Source of the DNA: a virus
Virus record (IMG/VR): IMGVR_UViG_3300037245_000806
Location: 64,001 to 128,000 of that record
Length of the DNA: 64,000 bases
Reading direction: 5' to 3' (one strand)
Both the position numbers and the translations under genes were made by a program. A model generated the notes under the pieces. That model made no database searches and was not told the DNA's origin. It saw only the letters and a list, made by a program, of their open reading frames with translations. Shown here in pieces: positions 29,238 to 39,010 of the stretch. How positions within the stretch are numbered: position 1 is the stretch's first letter; every line of letters begins with the position of its first letter.

Positions 29238-29378
29238 TCAGATGAGGTCTTCGATGGAATCGAGCACGCGCTCTGTATCCGGCGACAGCATGATCTCCAT
29301 GACGACCAATGGTAGTGCAATGACGAGCACAACGAAAGCGCGAAGACTGAAGTTCAGCCGTGGCAGATCAGGATACAT
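29238..29378 (-). CDS. 46-aa single-TM peptide
   Basis: ATG overlaps upstream TAA; RAFVVLVIALPLVVMEIML hydrophobic segment. Confidence 0.5.
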   Translation of the reverse strand: MYPDLPRLNFSLRAFVVLVIALPLVVMEIMLSPDTERVLDSIEDLI

Positions 29379-29686
29379 TAGAGCGCCCCCTTTGGCGTCG
29401 GTCCACACCACTTGATCTCACCCTTGGTCAGGAAGAAATGGCTCTTGCATTCGCAGGTTCGCTGTAGTGATGGTGTCAATGTCACGCGCTTGTCCTCGGC
29501 GACGGTCAAGTCCCAGCGTGGACCCTTGCCGGGCAGCACTGGAATGTTCACAGCGCGCCCGCACCCGCAGGGGCACACAAACGCAACACACCAAATGCAA
29601 TCGTCCTCGCCACAGACATAGACGACGCCCGGCTTCATGTCTTGGAGATCAGGCCGATAGTGTGTACGCTCAGCGAGCCAGATCAT
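29378..29686 (-). CDS. DUF6527-like zinc-binding protein
   Basis: CPCGCG...W.L....VTL.PS....C.SHFFL..G.I.W. Confidence 0.75.
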   Translation of the reverse strand: MIWLAERTHYRPDLQDMKPGVVYVCGEDDCIWCVAFVCPCGCGRAVNIPVLPGKGPRWDLTVAEDKRVTLTPSLQRTCECKSHFFLTKGEIKWCGPTPKGAL

Positions 29687-29985
29687 GCGCCCTCCCGTGG
29701 AAGCTCACCGTGCTGGACCTTCTTCTCGAACAGCGCCGGGTTGCGGAAGAAGAGGCGCTTGGCCTCCTCGATCTTGTTGGGGTCCGTAGTGTTCCAGAGG
29801 AGGTGGGCCTTCGCTTGGTACACCTCGACCTCGACGTGTCGCCGACCCTTACCATCTTCGTCGGCGTCCCACTCGGTGATGTACAGGAAGTAATGGCCAT
29901 CCTGCCACTCCTGCACACTGCCCTTGCGCCTCGGGGTGAACGGCATGGACTCGGGGATCGTAGTCTCCACGTTGGCCTCCTGCAT
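29683..29985 (-). CDS. hypothetical protein
   Basis: Coupled ORF (ATGA overlap with downstream gene). Confidence 0.6.
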   Translation of the reverse strand: MQEANVETTIPESMPFTPRRKGSVQEWQDGHYFLYITEWDADEDGKGRRHVEVEVYQAKAHLLWNTTDPNKIEEAKRLFFRNPALFEKKVQHGELPREGA

Positions 29986-30084
29986 GCAGCGGCTTCAGGC
30001 ACCCCCTATGGTCCCAGCGTACCGCGATTCTGAAGGCGCAGAAGCCGGGGAGGGAAGGAGGTGCCGGGAGCGGCTGAAAGCTCC

Positions 30085-30555
30085 CTAACCCACTCGGGCA
30101 GCAGGGGTCACCCTTCGTGCTCTCGCGGCCATGGTATTATCGTTGTCGTCGCTGCGGGCTCCGTATCTAGAGCGCGTCAGGACAAGGCCCGTGTCCACAG
30201 GAAGGTCGCCGATGATCGTGCTCTCCGCTTGGTAGTCTTTAGGCGGATGTTTCAGCACTGTCCGTGACTCGTTGTCAGCATGGATGTCGGTGCCGTGTTG
30301 AGACTCACTGTTGGGCTCGGCATCTGGCGCACTGACCTGCGGAAGTTTCAGCGAGTAAACCCCGGTCGCTTGGACCTCGGCGTCGTAGTGCGCGGGTACC
30401 ATGTTGTCCGTCACGTCCATCGTGCAGCCCGCGTGGAACGGGGCGTCGGCAAGAAGCACCGTGCCCTGCTCAACCACAGGAGCTGTGTTCGACGTGCCCG
30501 CAACGAACAGTGCGAGCATTACTGCGATGAGAATCCCTGCCATGCACATGCGCAT
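30085..30555 (-). CDS. hypothetical secreted/membrane-anchored protein
   Basis: AAGGAGG RBS; N-terminal hydrophobic signal-like segment. Confidence 0.6.
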   Translation of the reverse strand: MRMCMAGILIAVMLALFVAGTSNTAPVVEQGTVLLADAPFHAGCTMDVTDNMVPAHYDAEVQATGVYSLKLPQVSAPDAEPNSESQHGTDIHADNESRTVLKHPPKDYQAESTIIGDLPVDTGLVLTRSRYGARSDDNDNTMAARARRVTPAARVG

Positions 30556-30584
30556 TCGACTCCTCCTTTCAAGAGGTAAACCAC

Positions 30585-33500
30585 TTACTCGTCAAGTGCC
30601 GGGTCGGCTGCCTCGATCTCCTCTTCCGTCGCAGGTCTGACCTCTCCCGTTGGTGACACAACGTCACTGCCGCACTCGACGCACTTCGCGACGGTAGTCA
30701 GATTGAGGAATGCAATCGATGCACTTGAGCAATGCTCGCACCGAACCTCAGCCATGATGGGGCCGACGTCCGCGCACTCCTCTTTGCCTAGCCCGAGCAT
30801 GTTCTTGAACACTGCGGTGACAAGCTTGTAGTAACGCGAGCCATCACCACCCTCATCCTTGGACTTCTTGATATCCGGGTACTGCTTGTTGACCGCAGCC
30901 TGCGCCTTGCCCCACAGCTTGATCGCTTCATTCGCTGTCTTGCCCGCCTTGCGTGCGAGCGCCTTCATGTGCGTGGGCTCTTTCACCTTGCCCGCGCCGG
31001 GATAGGTCGTGGAAAGCTGGGCTTCGGTCACGCCCTCGACGGCTTCACCCAACGCCTTGAGCACCTTCGTGAGATGCCACAGGCCGATCTTGATATTGGA
31101 CGCGGAGACGAACGTGTCACGTAGTGTTTTCCCGTCACCCTTGGCCGCAGCATCGAACTTATTCACGAGCGCGACAGGGAGCGACCTCGTGAACGTGAAC
31201 ACGAGACGACCCTTACTGTCCACGACCCACTTGTCCCACGCGACGTTGTTCTTCTTGAGCCACCCGATCATCTTGTTGATGACCTTCTTGGCAGCCGGGT
31301 GCTTGTCCAAGTCGTCCTGCGTGTAGCCCTTGTCAGCTTCGTCCACATCTTCCTTGACCGTGAAGCCCTTGCCCTTCTTGAGGCCGTGCTTGGCGAGCGC
31401 TGGCAGCAGGTACTTCATGTGCTTCTGCTGGACGATCACGTAGTGGGTTCCGTCCGTGTCCTTCCGCATCCCGCTCGCTGTCTGCGAACTGATGACCGCA
31501 GCGATGTCGTCGGCCTTCTGCTTCGAGAGCTTGCCGAACTCCAAGGTCACCGCAGCCTCATCGAGGTCTTCCGTCTTGATATCCTTCGCACGATCCGCCA
31601 GCCCCTTGGCACCCTTGAGCGTAGGGTGAGAGCCGATGTCCTTGATGACCTTCTTGCCCTTCAGGATGACAACCCCGAACTGGTCCTGATGCGGCACCGG
31701 CTTGGGGTATCGCAGGAACACAACGCCGCCGCCTGTCTTCGCCCGGTACACGATCTTCTTGCCGGGGGCGTAGTCCTCTTCGAGGTCTTCGGACTCGGCA
31801 ACCTTCTTGATCACCGTGGCAGCCTTACGTGCGTTGTCGAACTTCTGGCCCTTCGCTTCGAGTTCGCCCTGCTTGCCACCCACCCACGCCTTGCCCGTCC
31901 ACACCTCGCGCGGATTGGCAATCGACCCCGACTTCCGGCGCACGAGAATAACTTCAGCGTACCCGGTCGCGGAAAGCTTGAGCGTCATGTACTCGTAGTC
32001 GCCCTTGGTGAACGAGACTTCGTCGAGGCCCGCCGCCTCAAGCTCGTCGCCCCCATCGAAGTCCTCGTCGGTCTTCTTCTTGCTGATCTTATCAATGGTG
32101 ACGATCTTGCCGCCGGGGAACTCAGTGAGCATTATCCGCGCGAGCTTCATGCTCTTCATGTAGAGGGGTTTGCCCGAACCCTTTTGAACGACGGCGTGCG
32201 TGTACCCGCGTGCCTGCAAGATGGCGGCGAGGCGCTTCTCTTGCACGTCCACAACTTCGTCGAGGTCCACGTCTTCCTTGACCACCTTGACGTCTGCCTT
32301 CAGGAACTTGCGCCCGTCTGCCACGACGACAATGTACTTGCCCTCGTCACGTAGTTTCGTCGGGTCCGCAACGCCCTCGCCCTTCTTCCAGACGCCGCCC
32401 TTCGATCCGTCCTTGTTGACCGGGACGGTGCCCCTCGGGTTAGAGATCGAGAAGGTGCCCTTGAAGGTCTTCGCCTCATCGAGGTCTTCCTTGAGCGCCG
32501 GGTCATTCAGGTTCACGACAATCGTGTTGCCACGGAACTGAATCGACTTCTTGTTGGTCTCCGGGTACTCGATGCTGAACGTGCGCATGAAACTGTCCCG
32601 GCGGTCCTCGCTTGGTAGTGTGATGACTGCGGTCTTACCGGAGACCTTCAGCTTGCCCTTGTCGTCCTTCGCCATGATCTTCAGGGAGGCGAGCGCAGCC
32701 TCATCGACAGACTCGTGGGCTTTCTTCTTGCGCCACTTCCAGCCCTTGTTCGCCACCTCGTTGGACTTGTTGAGCTTGGCAGCCTCCTTGGGAGTCATGG
32801 ACTTGAAGACCTTCTTGACGCCGGTCTTCCTGACCGGGTTGTTCTGCGAGTCAACGAGTACGTAGTCTGCTTCGTCGATGCCTTCCCTCGGACCCGTCTT
32901 CTTGGCCTTCGCAATCGGGACAAGGACTTCCTCGTCGCCCTTCTTGGGGCGGGGGTTCGTCACCCTGACCTTGAGCGTGTTGTTGACATCGCTTATCACC
33001 GCACCCTGCATCAGCTTTCCATTGGGCGCAGTCCACGTGATGCGCTGGCCCTTCTTGAACACCTCGTCAAGGCCCTCGGTGGGATTCTTGTTGTAGTCGG
33101 CCCCGAAGACATACCCGTACTTCTTGAGCGCCTTGAGCATCTCCTTGTCCTTGAGGGCTTTCTTGTCACCGCGTCCAGCGGGCGTCATGGACAATACCGA
33201 CAGGCCCATCAACCGCGCGGTCACGACGGCAACCTGCTCGTCGCCCTTAAACACGGGGCGCACGATCACCGAAAACCGATTCGGATACTTCCCTGCCTTA
33301 TCCGTGTGGAAGCCGCCGAGCCCGTAGACGTCCCCGAGCGTCATCACGATGTGTCGGCCAACCTTGCGCGTAAGCTTCCCGTCACTGCCGGGGGTTGGCC
33401 CCTTCTCATCGAGGTCGTCATCGGACTCGTTCTTCTTCTTGTCGGCCACCCCGCGAGCGTAGCCTTTCTTGTATGCCTTGATCCGGGCGCGTGACCAATT

Positions 33501-36500
33501 CTTCTTGTCGAACTCCTTCTTCTCCTGCTCGCCCTTCGTCGCCGCGATGTGCCCGTGCATGAATGAAGCATGAGCCGCATCACCACGGGTGCCACTGCGA
33601 CCGTACTCCTCGATGGCCGCTGCTTCCGCGAGGTCTTCGTAGTCATCCCCATCAATGGACTCTGCAACATAGGTCGCATTGAGGGCCTGAGCCACAACGT
33701 CTTTACCGGACCCCTTCTTGGTGAGCTTCACGTGACGATACATCTGAAGGAGCAGTAGTCCCGCTGAGACCTCAGGCTCCGAGAGCCCCGTGGCCTTCAC
33801 GATGGCCTTGCCAGTGATAGGCTTCTTCGCCTTCTTCACCGCAGCGAGCATCGCCTTCTCACGCTTGTCCAGCGGCGCGCGCTCATCGAGGTCGTCCTCG
33901 GAGACAGTCTTCTTCTTGCACTTCACGCAGTACCCTGTCGCGGCGAGCACCTTGCTGCCGCAGCCCGGACACTTGACGGTCCCCGTAGTGGCCTTCTCAT
34001 CGAGCATGGCTTCGGAGTGCAGGAGCAAGTCCTCCGCATCCTCATCCGCGATGTGCCCCATGTCCTCGCCGTCAATCACGAGCGAGTAGGTATCGTCGTC
34101 CTCCGTAACGATCTCGATCTCGCACTCCTTGACCTTGCGGTCAAGCTGGATCATGTGACCAAGCTTGGCCTCGTCATCGCGGAGCGGCCTGACCCACGTG
34201 CCCTTGCCCTTCACCTTCCACCCGGCGGCGGTCATACCGAGCGCGCGTGAAACAGCGCGGAGAATCGTCTTGATCTGGTTGTCGCCCTCAGCTGCCGGGG
34301 CACCCAACGTGACCTGCGCAGTCTTGCCAACAACCTTGCGCGTTGCGATGGGGTTGTCGGCACCGCGACGAACTGCAACAAGGGCGTCACCCTTGATGCC
34401 GATGGTCCTCGTAGTACGCCCCTTGCCATCGCCGCCGCGCACGAAGTCCGAGATAACTATCTTGGCCTTCATCGGGATGCTATAGCCCTTCACCTCATCG
34501 ACTGACTCGATGATCGAGAGCCCCTCTGCCTTGGCTGCCTTGCGGATTGCGTTGACCCATGTCTGACTCACGTTGCCCTGCGGATCACCGAGCACAATCC
34601 GGTTGCCCTTGCGCGTAGCGAGCGGGTCTTTGCGACCGCGCGAAGGTCCGGTGAGGATGTCGCCCTCGATGTCAAGGTTCTTCGCCTTGACGCCCGAGCC
34701 ATCCTTGCCCTGCACGAAGGCCTTGATCATCTTGCGGTCGCCCGCCTTCAGCTTGTAGCCCATGGACTCCCGTAGTCGTGACACAGTGTTATCATCTTCG
34801 CCGAGGGCGAGGAGACGCATGCGACAGGCGCTTTCGACCGCTACGTCCCGAGTCGCTATAAACTCGTGGCTTCTCCCACTTTTGATGCCTTCAAACAGGC
34901 TCGTAACACAACGTTCGCCCTCCACAACAGTACCATGCTCCTCAACGTACTCCTGAAAGAAGGCTTCAACCATGACGTCAAACTCGTTGGGAAGGTCCGC
35001 ATAGAATTCAACCATCTTCTCAAGAAGGCTATGGACTTCCTGTAGTGTGATCGGAACCCTGTACGCCTGACCGCCAACCTGTACCAACGTCTTCCCATCA
35101 TCCGTACCATCCCTGCGTGCGGTCCATGAAAGGAACTTGGACTGAAAGCCCTCCTCCCCCTCCATGTACAGCGGGCCTTGCTGTAGTTCAGGCTCGAAGC
35201 CCACGCACAGTACCTCACCGGGGTGGATCATCTTGTTCTCGCCTGAGCCCACCACGGGAGCGCCTATAAGATTGTGCGAACCCTCGGGGTCATCCTTACC
35301 CTTGTCTGACTCACTGACATCCTTGCTGAGGCTCTTGAGCATACGCAGGTCTGTTGCCACCGAAGCGTTCTTCTTCTTCTTGCCTGACTTGATATCCTTC
35401 CGCAGCTGCCTGAGGGCTTTCTTCATCCCGTCCGCTGTGGCCCGCACTCCATAGCCCTTGGCGTACTGCTTCAGTTCCCTGCTGTGACCGTAGGCTTCGT
35501 CGATACCTTCGTTGGGGGCCTTCGCGCTGAACTTCTTGACTTCCTTCTTGAGCACGTGTGTCTGGACTCCCGGTTCGAGTTCCACCTTGTACCCGGTCGC
35601 GGTCTTCTTGATAACCGTGACGGTCTTGCCCTTGGCGTACTTCTTGCCCTTGAGCTTCAGGTCCGTAGTGAGCATGTACGCCTCGTCGATAGACTCGAAG
35701 GGCTTCGTGAGTTTCGTCATGCGCGCATACGGGAGCTTGTCCCAATGCGCGTGGGCAGCCTTGACCACTTCAGCCTTCTCCTTCGGATCGCCGTAGTCAC
35801 CGAAGGACATCGCAGCTTTCTTCCACCCTCTCGGGCTCAGCTTCTTCAGGCGCTTCTGAATCTTCTTGACCGTCTTCACCTCGTTGTCGGCGAAGCTCAG
35901 GATCATGAAGGCGACAAGGTCTTTGATGGTACCCTTGTCTGCTTCGTCGAGGTCTTCCACTTTGGGGAACCACAGCCCGCCGTTGCCATACCACCGCACG
36001 CCATTGGCATCCTCAACACAGAGGATACTGTTCTCGGCATCCTCATTGAGCGTGGAGTCGTGCAGGTCGGGGTACAGGAACTGGAACGCATTGTCAGTGA
36101 CCCCACCCTCTTCGCAGATGGCTACGTAGTCTGCCTTGGTCTCGGGGCGCAGGCCCTCGGTCTTCATCGCGGGGTCTTCCTCTTTGGACTTCGCGGTTGC
36201 CTTGGCGAAGCCCGCACGCTTCGGGAAGCATTCGATGATCGTGAAGTCGCTGACCTGACCGGACTCGAAGTCGGTATCGCCAGCGGTGACGAGAGTGTCC
36301 AGCTTGCAGAAACCCCTCACACCTTCGTTGAGCTTCTGAAGAGGCTCGGCAGCAATCTTGCCTTGGAAGATCGCGAGGAACGTAGTGTCCGTTCCTTCGA
36401 GTTGTGTCTCAAGGAACTGCGTGATGAGGTCGCCGCACTTCTCCATGAGGTACGCCTCGAAGAGGATCGCGGCCATGCCCGTGTCGGTGTTGCTGAAGGC

Positions 36501-36830
36501 CGGGCTCTTGTCGGTGAAGTTCTTGGCGAACTCGCGGGCGCTCTGCTTCTCGTCCTGAAACCCGGAGGCGACTTCGAGGATGAGGTCAATGTACTCGTCG
36601 CGGTGTGAGATGCTGCCGGTGATGGTAGCGGGGAGGTCGAGGCTCGACCGGAGCTTGGCAACCTTCTTATAGAATCCGCTGGCCTTCTTCTGGCGAACCG
36701 ATGCCTTCTGCTTGGCACTCAGGCGCTTGGGCTTCCTGAACTTCATGAGCCTGCGGCGCTTCTTGGCCTTGATGCCCTGTAGTCTGCGCTGGGAGGAAGA
36801 CTGCCGACGAACGGTTGCCTCAAATACCAT
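30585..36830 (-). CDS. 2081-aa modular basic protein with 15 internal [ILV]DE linkers (candidate head polyprotein A)
   Basis: Repeated E[SGD][ILV]DE linkers separate 55-110 aa Lys-rich modules; has its own sigma70-like promoter. Confidence 0.85.
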   Translation of the reverse strand: MVFEATVRRQSSSQRRLQGIKAKKRRRLMKFRKPKRLSAKQKASVRQKKASGFYKKVAKLRSSLDLPATITGSISHRDEYIDLILEVASGFQDEKQSAREFAKNFTDKSPAFSNTDTGMAAILFEAYLMEKCGDLITQFLETQLEGTDTTFLAIFQGKIAAEPLQKLNEGVRGFCKLDTLVTAGDTDFESGQVSDFTIIECFPKRAGFAKATAKSKEEDPAMKTEGLRPETKADYVAICEEGGVTDNAFQFLYPDLHDSTLNEDAENSILCVEDANGVRWYGNGGLWFPKVEDLDEADKGTIKDLVAFMILSFADNEVKTVKKIQKRLKKLSPRGWKKAAMSFGDYGDPKEKAEVVKAAHAHWDKLPYARMTKLTKPFESIDEAYMLTTDLKLKGKKYAKGKTVTVIKKTATGYKVELEPGVQTHVLKKEVKKFSAKAPNEGIDEAYGHSRELKQYAKGYGVRATADGMKKALRQLRKDIKSGKKKKNASVATDLRMLKSLSKDVSESDKGKDDPEGSHNLIGAPVVGSGENKMIHPGEVLCVGFEPELQQGPLYMEGEEGFQSKFLSWTARRDGTDDGKTLVQVGGQAYRVPITLQEVHSLLEKMVEFYADLPNEFDVMVEAFFQEYVEEHGTVVEGERCVTSLFEGIKSGRSHEFIATRDVAVESACRMRLLALGEDDNTVSRLRESMGYKLKAGDRKMIKAFVQGKDGSGVKAKNLDIEGDILTGPSRGRKDPLATRKGNRIVLGDPQGNVSQTWVNAIRKAAKAEGLSIIESVDEVKGYSIPMKAKIVISDFVRGGDGKGRTTRTIGIKGDALVAVRRGADNPIATRKVVGKTAQVTLGAPAAEGDNQIKTILRAVSRALGMTAAGWKVKGKGTWVRPLRDDEAKLGHMIQLDRKVKECEIEIVTEDDDTYSLVIDGEDMGHIADEDAEDLLLHSEAMLDEKATTGTVKCPGCGSKVLAATGYCVKCKKKTVSEDDLDERAPLDKREKAMLAAVKKAKKPITGKAIVKATGLSEPEVSAGLLLLQMYRHVKLTKKGSGKDVVAQALNATYVAESIDGDDYEDLAEAAAIEEYGRSGTRGDAAHASFMHGHIAATKGEQEKKEFDKKNWSRARIKAYKKGYARGVADKKKNESDDDLDEKGPTPGSDGKLTRKVGRHIVMTLGDVYGLGGFHTDKAGKYPNRFSVIVRPVFKGDEQVAVVTARLMGLSVLSMTPAGRGDKKALKDKEMLKALKKYGYVFGADYNKNPTEGLDEVFKKGQRITWTAPNGKLMQGAVISDVNNTLKVRVTNPRPKKGDEEVLVPIAKAKKTGPREGIDEADYVLVDSQNNPVRKTGVKKVFKSMTPKEAAKLNKSNEVANKGWKWRKKKAHESVDEAALASLKIMAKDDKGKLKVSGKTAVITLPSEDRRDSFMRTFSIEYPETNKKSIQFRGNTIVVNLNDPALKEDLDEAKTFKGTFSISNPRGTVPVNKDGSKGGVWKKGEGVADPTKLRDEGKYIVVVADGRKFLKADVKVVKEDVDLDEVVDVQEKRLAAILQARGYTHAVVQKGSGKPLYMKSMKLARIMLTEFPGGKIVTIDKISKKKTDEDFDGGDELEAAGLDEVSFTKGDYEYMTLKLSATGYAEVILVRRKSGSIANPREVWTGKAWVGGKQGELEAKGQKFDNARKAATVIKKVAESEDLEEDYAPGKKIVYRAKTGGGVVFLRYPKPVPHQDQFGVVILKGKKVIKDIGSHPTLKGAKGLADRAKDIKTEDLDEAAVTLEFGKLSKQKADDIAAVISSQTASGMRKDTDGTHYVIVQQKHMKYLLPALAKHGLKKGKGFTVKEDVDEADKGYTQDDLDKHPAAKKVINKMIGWLKKNNVAWDKWVVDSKGRLVFTFTRSLPVALVNKFDAAAKGDGKTLRDTFVSASNIKIGLWHLTKVLKALGEAVEGVTEAQLSTTYPGAGKVKEPTHMKALARKAGKTANEAIKLWGKAQAAVNKQYPDIKKSKDEGGDGSRYYKLVTAVFKNMLGLGKEECADVGPIMAEVRCEHCSSASIAFLNLTTVAKCVECGSDVVSPTGEVRPATEEEIEAADPALDE

Positions 36831-36873
36831 CGTTTACCCCTCTCGAAGCCTGTAGTGTCTTCACGAGGGATCA

Positions 36874-36902
36874 AGGATAGGTGAGCCTTAACACAGTGTC
36901 AA
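36874..36902 (-). promoter_or_regulatory. promoter TTGACA-17-TATCCT overlapped by palindrome
   Basis: -35 36897-36902, -10 36874-36879; TAACACAGTGTCA 36889-36901. Confidence 0.7.
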
Positions 36903-37411
36903 GCGACATGTTGCCACGATTTGCGCGTGACAACGGCACTGATTGCACCGAGACTTACAAGGTATTCCGCAGCAAGATCAGCGTATGTTACGCCACCAAC
37001 GGCATAGAGCGCCCTGATTTCTTTGACGTCACACGCGGTCAACTTGGAGCCATAATTCTTTTCACCCACGTTGTTTTGCAAGACAATGGCGCTATGCCTT
37101 TGGTTGTCTTCGGGTGTCGCGTACTCAAGGTTCACCAAGCGACAGTCAGCCTTAATGCCGTTTATGTGGTTCACGTGGTAGCCCCAAGGGCATGGGCCGA
37201 TGAACGCGGCGGCTACCTGTTGATGCACCTGAACTGTTTCAGCCATCCCGTCCACACTGAAGTCCAGATGCAAATAACCAGTGCTCAGATTAACATGCGT
37301 CTTTAGAATACCGCCGTTGGTCCTCTTGCGCGCGATACTGAAAATCCGACCTAAATCTGAAATACGGTAGTAGCCCACGTACCCTACAACGTCCTCCCAG
37401 AGTTCGACCAA
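36899..37411 (-). CDS. NUMOD4-HNH homing endonuclease
   Basis: W.DV.GY.GYY.IS.LGRI (NUMOD4), VHQ.VA.AF...VNHING.K.D.RL.NLEY.T..DN..H (HNH), C-terminal HTH. Confidence 0.9.
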   Translation of the reverse strand: MVELWEDVVGYVGYYRISDLGRIFSIARKRTNGGILKTHVNLSTGYLHLDFSVDGMAETVQVHQQVAAAFIGPCPWGYHVNHINGIKADCRLVNLEYATPEDNQRHSAIVLQNNVGEKNYGSKLTACDVKEIRALYAVGGVTYADLAAEYLVSLGAISAVVTRKSWQHVA

Positions 37412-37429
37412 GTGACGCCTCCCTTGTTG

Positions 37430-37855
37430 CTATCCCCGAGCTTGAACGATGCCGCCCGGTCCACCCCGCAGCTTACCACCCTCGCCGAGCATGCTGCCGG
37501 GGGCGGTCTGAATCTTGTCCTCCCTCAGCTGGTCCACCACGGCCTGCTTCAAGCCGTCACGGAGTTCCTTGGATGCCTTGGCCATCGCGGCGTCGTACTC
37601 CTTCTCGATCTCCGCGTAAGCTTCCTCCACGGTAGTGGCGGTCGGCAACGGTATGTCGAACTTCTTCGTCGCCTTGCCGCCCTCGAACTCGGCCTTGACC
37701 ATCGCGCGGACGCTGAAGCGCACCCAACCCTCAGGAGCCTTACCGGAGATGATGATGCTCTCGTCGAGGACGCGCTTGTTGTTGTCGCGGTACGACACCT
37801 TGCGCTCGATGAACGTGACATCCTTGTGCTCGTACTTCGGTGCTTTCGCAGACAT
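37430..37855 (-). CDS. hypothetical protein
   Basis: AAGGAAG RBS, typical codon usage. Confidence 0.7.
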   Translation of the reverse strand: MSAKAPKYEHKDVTFIERKVSYRDNNKRVLDESIIISGKAPEGWVRFSVRAMVKAEFEGGKATKKFDIPLPTATTVEEAYAEIEKEYDAAMAKASKELRDGLKQAVVDQLREDKIQTAPGSMLGEGGKLRGGPGGIVQARG

Positions 37856-38004
37856 GGTACTTCCTTTCAGTAGGTGGGTGGGGGGCTGTCGCTATTGGCC
37901 AGCCCATGCTTGGTCGTCAGAGTTGTTTTGCTTCGCCCGTAAAAACCCTGAAGCAGCTTTCGCCGCACCGCCACGCGACCCAGCACCCAAAACGGCCCAC
38001 CCGC

Positions 38005-38790
38005 TCATTTCCTCTTTCGTAGTGTCCCAGACTTCCCGCGCTTCGACAAGGGGGCTTTACGCCGCTGCTCCTTCGACCCCAACAGCTTCTTCGATACCGC
38101 TGGCACATGCACCGGCTTGGCCTCGACAGGTACCGGGTCACACACCATAGGGCCACATACCGGCGCGAGAAGCTCAGGCGTTATCAGCGACGTGAGGCTC
38201 GCCAGATTCTTGTCAATGTTCTCGGGGCTCAGGAACTCCTGCATGCGCCCACGTAGTTGACCGAGCCTCCGCGCGAACTCCTCAAGGCATTCCGTGTTGG
38301 CATCCGATGCGAGTACGAGCGCCCGCGTCGTACCCCGCGCACCCATCTCTTTCAGGTTGGGCCAGCCCTTGCGAATGTCTTGGCCCCGCCCACGGCTAGA
38401 CTCCATGCGGTGTACAGTCTCACCCTCTGGCGTCTCCCCGACCTGAATGTAAGTCCAATCCAACTCGACGCCAGCACTGTTGCCCTTCCACGTCCTGAAG
38501 CTCTCCTCCACCTCGACGATCCAATACTCTTCCCACTTGATCGCGTAGTGGTCTGCCAGCGCATCCATGACTGCCCCGCGCAGCGCCTCGATATCCGTGG
38601 ACCACAGATTGATCTTCAACTCGGGGATGTCAACGCCGAAGGTCGCGCTGAGGGTCTGCTGCGGTCCAGCATATCGCTTCGACTCGCGACCGGCAGGAGG
38701 CTCTGCCGTCTTGTGCAAGCGCACTGGCACCTTGAACGTTTCACCGTGGCGCTTGAACGTGAACGCGTCAACGATCTTACCTACTGGCAT
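38005..38790 (-). CDS. hypothetical protein
   Basis: GGAGA RBS, typical codon usage. Confidence 0.7.
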   Translation of the reverse strand: MPVGKIVDAFTFKRHGETFKVPVRLHKTAEPPAGRESKRYAGPQQTLSATFGVDIPELKINLWSTDIEALRGAVMDALADHYAIKWEEYWIVEVEESFRTWKGNSAGVELDWTYIQVGETPEGETVHRMESSRGRGQDIRKGWPNLKEMGARGTTRALVLASDANTECLEEFARRLGQLRGRMQEFLSPENIDKNLASLTSLITPELLAPVCGPMVCDPVPVEAKPVHVPAVSKKLLGSKEQRRKAPLSKRGKSGTLRKRK

Positions 38791-39010
38791 TCGGGTTCTC
38801 CATGACGTGTGCAACAGCGGCCTGCACTGAAGCAAATGTTCTAGGGCTGTAGTCGCCCATGCGGGCGATGACCCGAACGCGTTGCCCGGCCTGCTGAACC
38901 TGCCCGAGCAACTGCCTACCCTTGAACACCATGCGCAGTGTTGACGGTGGCGAAGGGTCGTGAAGCTCGATACCCTCAGGCACTTCGTAGTCGTCGAACA
39001 ACGTCATCAT
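38777..39010 (-). CDS. hypothetical protein
   Basis: Coupled to the upstream gene by ATGA overlap. Confidence 0.55.
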   Translation of the reverse strand: MMTLFDDYEVPEGIELHDPSPPSTLRMVFKGRQLLGQVQQAGQRVRVIARMGDYSPRTFASVQAAVAHVMENPNASR

